This document shows positions 59,498 through 64,000 of a DNA stretch of 64,000 nucleotides, one piece after another. This DNA comes from Methanothrix sp. (lineage in GTDB: Archaea; Halobacteriota; Methanosarcinia; Methanotrichales; Methanotrichaceae): assembly GCA_037128175.1 (NCBI GenBank), contig JBAXWY010000004.1, positions 64,001-128,000 on the forward strand. The letters are read 5' to 3'. Numbering within the stretch: the first letter of the stretch is position 1; the number at the start of each line of letters is the position of its first letter. A model generated the notes under the pieces. The model saw only the letters and a program-made list of their open reading frames with translations, did not search any database and was not told the origin of the DNA. The translations under genes and the position numbers were made by a program.

Positions 59498-60106
59498 CTA
59501 TACCGGGGGGCGTTCTCCCTGGTCAGGGGCATCTTCAGGAAATGTGCTGTCTCCCGTCCCGTTATTATCGGGCGGCGAATCCGGTGGCGATACTCCGTCG
59601 GGCAGATCGCCGCCTGGTGGAATTTCTGGTGGCATTGCCAAGGGGTCCGTACCCATCGGATTTGAGCCGTCCTGCCCTGCACCGGGCGTTTGCTCTCCCG
59701 GCATTGGCCGGGGCTCGGGCACAACTAAATCTGTAGCCGTAAACGGCGCTTCCAATCGAAGATTGCGCATTGTCCCATCTTCCGCGTAGGAGATATCAGA
59801 TACGATCCAGTAAGTCCCGCTCTGCTCTGCGGTGAGTGGGTAGCTGATCTGCTGCATGACCCCAGGGTACAGCTGTGTGCTCTGGCCGCCCGCGTTCGCG
59901 ACAACTCCAGAAGGAAGGATAGGAGTGACCACAGCCTGTGTAGGAGTCTGTCCGTTGTAGGTCAGCGATACGGTTACAGTTACCATCTGTCCCACTTCTG
60001 CCGACGGTATCGGATTCGGATAGGCCGTCAGATCTGCCGCCGCCTGCCCGAATAGTAGCCCCACCCCAACGAGCAGAAGAATGTGCCCCAATCCCAAATG
60101 CTTCAT
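59498..60106 (-). CDS. secreted Ig-like domain protein with Pro/Asp-rich tail
   Basis: signal peptide ending QAAA-D; beta-rich domain followed by low-complexity P/D/G tail. Confidence 0.65.
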   Translation of the reverse strand: MKHLGLGHILLLVGVGLLFGQAAADLTAYPNPIPSAEVGQMVTVTVSLTYNGQTPTQAVVTPILPSGVVANAGGQSTQLYPGVMQQISYPLTAEQSGTYWIVSDISYAEDGTMRNLRLEAPFTATDLVVPEPRPMPGEQTPGAGQDGSNPMGTDPLAMPPEIPPGGDLPDGVSPPDSPPDNNGTGDSTFPEDAPDQGERPPV

Positions 60107-60266
60107 CGGATCTCTATTGTTCTGCCTGCGAGATTTAAAGATACCTGTCATACGAGATTGATATGAGATATATTCGATGACTTGATACTCATTTCGCTCA
60201 TTTTGCCGGTACCTCGCCCCTTTCTATACATAAAATACTTATTTGGTTTGGTGATATTCTCCTCTG

Positions 60267-61463
60267 ATGGACGTCTCTTTCTCTGCCTGGCGGCATTCGC
60301 GAGAAGAGAGCTTGCAGCTCAAAGGAGATAGCTTCTCCTTTCTCTTCGATAGGCGCTACACCAATCGGCTCAACAGAATGAGCCGTGTTTTCTTCGAAGC
60401 CTATGTCGTGGCCACTAAAGAACTGGCCGCGCAGGAAGACCGCTTCCCCAGCCTTAGCGAGATAGACGCCAAGATGGAAAGCGGGGCAGTTTACGCTTTC
60501 AAGGATCGTTTGATGAAGAATACCGAGTTCTTCGAAGAAGTCAAGATCTCCGGCGTCTCCTACCTGGTTCCGCGCGCACTCAAGTTCATGGATGTTAGCG
60601 GCACATATACAGATTTAATCTTGAACTTCGAGGAAGGCATCGTGGTGCTGCCCACGCGAAGGAAGACCCCCTCGCTCCCGGATAGCCCAATGCCGATAGA
60701 AGAGGATGAGCAGGAGCCAAAAACGGCTCACGTGGATGAGACCGCAAATAATGCGCCTGCCATTGCCGAAGATAAGGACTCAGAAGCAAAACAGCTGTCA
60801 TATCCCCTGCACACGCCAGAGGCCTTTGAGGAGATCTCCTCGGCAACGGATACAGTAGAAGCGCCTCCTCCCAGCGAGCCTGCCGAAAAGATAGTAGTAA
60901 ATGCAAAAGTGCCGGAGAAGCCCCTATTTACCAAGAAGAAGATGGCAATGCCGCCGAAAACAGTAACCTTGCTTGGCGCGGCCATCTTGCTGGCTCTTTT
61001 TGCCGTTGTATCCTTCTATGGCCCAACGCTAGTACAGGCACCGGTACAGCCAACGTTCCTGGTTTTGTATTCCACATACCTATCCAATTCCAGCAACGAA
61101 AGCTATCTGGGCCTGAACATCACCAACCCAGAGGGAATGGCCAATGATATGGAAATGGCTCTGCCCCAGAATATCGACCAGAGCATCAGTGCCAGAGGCG
61201 GAATTGTTACCATCTCCCATGGAGAGAATACACTGGTGCGAATGAACTCCACGGGAGACGCCAGCGTGAAGATATATCTGCAGGGCAACTGGACAACAAT
61301 TCCTGTCGGCCTCAGCTTTTATGCGCCGAAAGGCTTCGACACCAACCTGCTGGTTCACGGACTGGCATCGACTGTCACACGCAAGAATGAGACATCGGTC
61401 TTGACGTTCAACCTGACTGGAGTTGGGGTAAGCTTTGAGCAGAGCTACACCCGAAAAAATTAG
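60267..61463 (+). CDS. hypothetical single-pass membrane protein
   Basis: cytoplasmic N-domain, P/E-rich linker, TM LLGAAILLALFAVVSFY, sequon-rich external domain. Confidence 0.7.
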   Translation: MDVSFSAWRHSREESLQLKGDSFSFLFDRRYTNRLNRMSRVFFEAYVVATKELAAQEDRFPSLSEIDAKMESGAVYAFKDRLMKNTEFFEEVKISGVSYLVPRALKFMDVSGTYTDLILNFEEGIVVLPTRRKTPSLPDSPMPIEEDEQEPKTAHVDETANNAPAIAEDKDSEAKQLSYPLHTPEAFEEISSATDTVEAPPPSEPAEKIVVNAKVPEKPLFTKKKMAMPPKTVTLLGAAILLALFAVVSFYGPTLVQAPVQPTFLVLYSTYLSNSSNESYLGLNITNPEGMANDMEMALPQNIDQSISARGGIVTISHGENTLVRMNSTGDASVKIYLQGNWTTIPVGLSFYAPKGFDTNLLVHGLASTVTRKNETSVLTFNLTGVGVSFEQSYTRKN

Positions 61464-62469
61464 ATTGGCGGTAATAGCCAAGAAAAAGGACGCTGATGCG
61501 GCTCTAAAAAGGGCAGTATCTCTAGGAGTTTTTGATAAGAGCCGCAAGGTAATAAAGAGACAAAGCCATGTAGAGATCCCGGTCATCAGATCCGTCTCCG
61601 GCTGCGAGCTCGTTTTGCAAGAGGACCCTCTCTTCTACAAGAAAAAGCTGGATCTCTTCCATGCCTTGCAAGGAAAGATTCCCGAAGAATGCATCCATCT
61701 TATTCCGCGCGGCTGGTTCTTACTCGGTGAGGTAATAGTAGTCAAAATTCATCCCGACCTGACGGCGTATGAGCACCATATCGGCCAGGCACTTTTAGAC
61801 TTTTATCCTCGCTGCTGCACGGTCTTAGCTGACGAGGGCATCTTTGGCCCCTTTCGCGAGCCCGTACGAAGAGTTATAGTCGGCAACAAGACCCAGACGG
61901 TGCACAAAGAAAATAAAGTGATCTTCAATCTGGATGCAAGCCTGGTGATGTTCTCGCCTGGGAACCTTATGGAGCGCATAAGAATGAGCCGCTTTGGCAA
62001 GGGCGAGTATATAGTGGACATGTTTGCTGGAATTGGCTACTTCACTCTTCCCATGGCCGTTCATTCCCGGCCTAGGAAGATCGTGGCCATTGAGCTGAAT
62101 CCCAACGCCTACCATTATCTCTGCCAGAATATCCGGCAAAACCATGTAGAAGAGATCGTAGAGCCGGTATTAGGTGACTGCGCGAAGGTGACTCCACAGG
62201 GCGTTGCCGACAGGGTGGTGATGGGCATGGTTCAGGTAACCGACCAATACCTGCAAAAGGGCATTTCCGCTCTGAGGCCGGGAGGCATACTGCATTATCA
62301 TCAGACCATTGCTGCCAGCATGTATCCGGCCGCAGCCATTAGAGATGTGATAGAAGCGGCAACATCTTTGGGCTGCCGGGCCGAGATCCAGAACTGTGTG
62401 CTGGTCAAAAAGTACTCACCCGGAGTAGTTCATGCCGTGATCGATGCCCGAATCGATAGAGATTTTTAG
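61435..62469 (+). CDS. Trm5/Taw2 (Met-10+-like) tRNA-modifying SAM-dependent transferase
   Basis: HKENKVIF.LD..VMFSPGN.ER, VDMFAGIGYF, IELNP, VKKYSPG. Confidence 0.88.
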   Translation: MSRATPEKIRLAVIAKKKDADAALKRAVSLGVFDKSRKVIKRQSHVEIPVIRSVSGCELVLQEDPLFYKKKLDLFHALQGKIPEECIHLIPRGWFLLGEVIVVKIHPDLTAYEHHIGQALLDFYPRCCTVLADEGIFGPFREPVRRVIVGNKTQTVHKENKVIFNLDASLVMFSPGNLMERIRMSRFGKGEYIVDMFAGIGYFTLPMAVHSRPRKIVAIELNPNAYHYLCQNIRQNHVEEIVEPVLGDCAKVTPQGVADRVVMGMVQVTDQYLQKGISALRPGGILHYHQTIAASMYPAAAIRDVIEAATSLGCRAEIQNCVLVKKYSPGVVHAVIDARIDRDF

Positions 62470-62490
62470 CAGGAGATCTTATTTGCAGCT

Positions 62491-63153
62491 ATGATTGTCA
62501 CATGGCTGGGACACTCCTGCTTTTTTTTAAAGAGCGAAGAAGGTCTTTCTCTGCTTTTGGATCCGTTTCATGAGAGCGATGTGGGCTATGCCATGCCGAT
62601 AACTGAGGCGGACATCGTAATTATAAGCCACGACCATATGGATCACAATAATGTCGATGCCGCAGGAAGCGACCCGGATGTGATCTTCGGGCCCGGCGAA
62701 TACATCAGCAGGGAAATGGATATCATAGGCATAAAGTCATATCATGACGCGAAGAGAGGAAAGCTGCGAGGTGAGAACACGATCTTCTGCTTCGCGCTGG
62801 ACGGCATAAGAGTCTGTCACCTGGGAGATTTGGGGCATACTTTGAGCCGGGCCCAGGTAGAGGCCATAGGCCCGGTAGATCTGCTTTTTCTGCCTGTGGG
62901 CGGGATATACACCATCGATGCCGTGGGCGCGAACAAGGTGATGATCCAACTGCATCCGGCGGTGACGATACCCATGCACTATCGGACAGGGGCCTTGGGC
63001 TTTGAGCTTGATCCTGTGGACGATTTTCTCAAAGGCAAGGGGCCAGTAAAGCCGCAAGAAAACCTGCAACTGGCCAAAGAGGATATTTCGGGCGAGGGCA
63101 AAGTGGTGCTTCTCACCTGCCCCGAAGCCGAAAGGGAGCCCGCCAATCGATAG
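62491..63153 (+). CDS. MBL-fold metallo-hydrolase
   Basis: WLGHSCF, LDPF, SHDHMDH, HLGDLG, IPMHY. Confidence 0.9.
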   Translation: MIVTWLGHSCFFLKSEEGLSLLLDPFHESDVGYAMPITEADIVIISHDHMDHNNVDAAGSDPDVIFGPGEYISREMDIIGIKSYHDAKRGKLRGENTIFCFALDGIRVCHLGDLGHTLSRAQVEAIGPVDLLFLPVGGIYTIDAVGANKVMIQLHPAVTIPMHYRTGALGFELDPVDDFLKGKGPVKPQENLQLAKEDISGEGKVVLLTCPEAEREPANR

Positions 63154-63186
63154 ATTAATAACTACCTGCTGCAAGGGTAGAGGCGA

Positions 63187-63259
63187 AGCCCGGTAGTGTA
63201 GCGGTCAATCACAGGAGGCTCTGGACCTCCCCACCCAGGTTCGAATCCCGGCCGGGCTA
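63187..63259 (+). tRNA. tRNA-Gln (anticodon CTG)
   Basis: acceptor AGCCCGG/CCGGGCT with archaeal A1-U72; anticodon stem GGAGG/CCTCC with loop CT-CTG-GA (anticodon 63221-63223); GTTCGAATC T loop; no encoded CCA. Confidence 0.93.
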
Positions 63260-63332
63260 CTATCTTATAGATTACAATTTGCTTTTTCGCGAGCCCATCT
63301 GCCTTAGAAAAGAATCAATTTGCAATTGCGTT

Positions 63333-63659
63333 TCAGGGTTCGAGGTGATCTCTCTTCAGCTCGTCTATTGCCTCAGGCGTGAGACGGATTTCTGCCAATT
63401 GAATGGCACCCATGGAAGAGATCATCCTGATCATCAGATCCGAGATGGAGCGTCCGAGATCCTCATCTTTGCTGGATAGAGCCATGGACAGGGCACATCC
63501 CAGGTTATAGGCGGTCCAGCTGGCATAAGTGAAATGGACCATAAGATCCTCCATTCCTCCTTCAATCCAGGGGCCCTCAGAGTCAGGCCCGATCACCCTC
63601 GATCTGATACTCTTGAAGCTCTGGATTTTTGCCTCAAACTGAACTAAGCCATCTATCAT
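63333..63659 (-). CDS. hypothetical protein
   Basis: 108 aa ORF only; no recognised motif. Confidence 0.45.
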   Translation of the reverse strand: MIDGLVQFEAKIQSFKSIRSRVIGPDSEGPWIEGGMEDLMVHFTYASWTAYNLGCALSMALSSKDEDLGRSISDLMIRMISSMGAIQLAEIRLTPEAIDELKRDHLEP

Positions 63660-64000
63660 AAATACACATCCTGGCGGCTTTCAGAGTCCGTCATCATTCT
63701 TCCTTGCACGGCTTTAGGCTCTTTTTGCCCTGACTACAATGACTATATTCTAGCATCCTAGTTCCTATTTAAGATTCCCATGCATGCCCGAAAACTAGAT
63801 ATATCTATAACGAATATAGTAGTAGTTTGTCGCGTAGTGTTCCAAAAGGACCATGGTCCATAGGCCGATTAAGTCTGTCCGACCAATCATTCTGGCGCAG
63901 GATGATAGATTTCATCCTCCATCTCAGCTCGGATCGATCAATAATCCGAGGTCGGAAGGCGCCGCGCAAATTTCGGCGTAGGTCTTCGGCAGTGGCGAAA

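Noticed and set aside
63800-64000. Possible minus-strand gene end at the window edge
   Set aside because: One frame is open, but it has no recognisable motif and cannot be supported from this window.

Overview
Archaeal chromosomal segment, most consistent with a Methanothrix (Methanosaeta)-like methanogen. Supporting markers are topoisomerase VI, class I LysRS, Nop5, RPA plus an associated protein, DUF1699, SufBC, CbiMNQO and an archaeal-type tRNA-Gln. About 16.3-64 kb is mostly housekeeping DNA. The notable part is a ~15 kb accessory region between truA and pyrG. From ~5.45 to ~14.03 kb it holds seven co-oriented, diverged, very GC-rich non-coding repeats (~100-250 bp; core GTGGCA.TCGTCGGCAGAAATC.GG, then a G-tract block that fits a canonical G-quadruplex pattern in 4 copies, plus hairpin arms). 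Each interval between repeats carries a self-contained, mostly lower-GC module: PIN-type toxin-antitoxin pairs, a Doc toxin, an SF2 helicase-HNH nuclease, a KAP NTPase, and a solute-binding protein fused to a dead cytidine deaminase. The layout resembles an integron cassette array, but I found no canonical attC boxes and no integrase in the window, so it is a candidate undescribed cassette system. Other oddities: a mosaic of antitoxin fragments, an amber-interrupted VapC, an ABC ATPase missing its Walker B, a signal-peptide-bearing AaxB-like arginine decarboxylase, and REP-like octamer repeats and palindromes. All product calls come from motif recognition by eye; no database searches were run.
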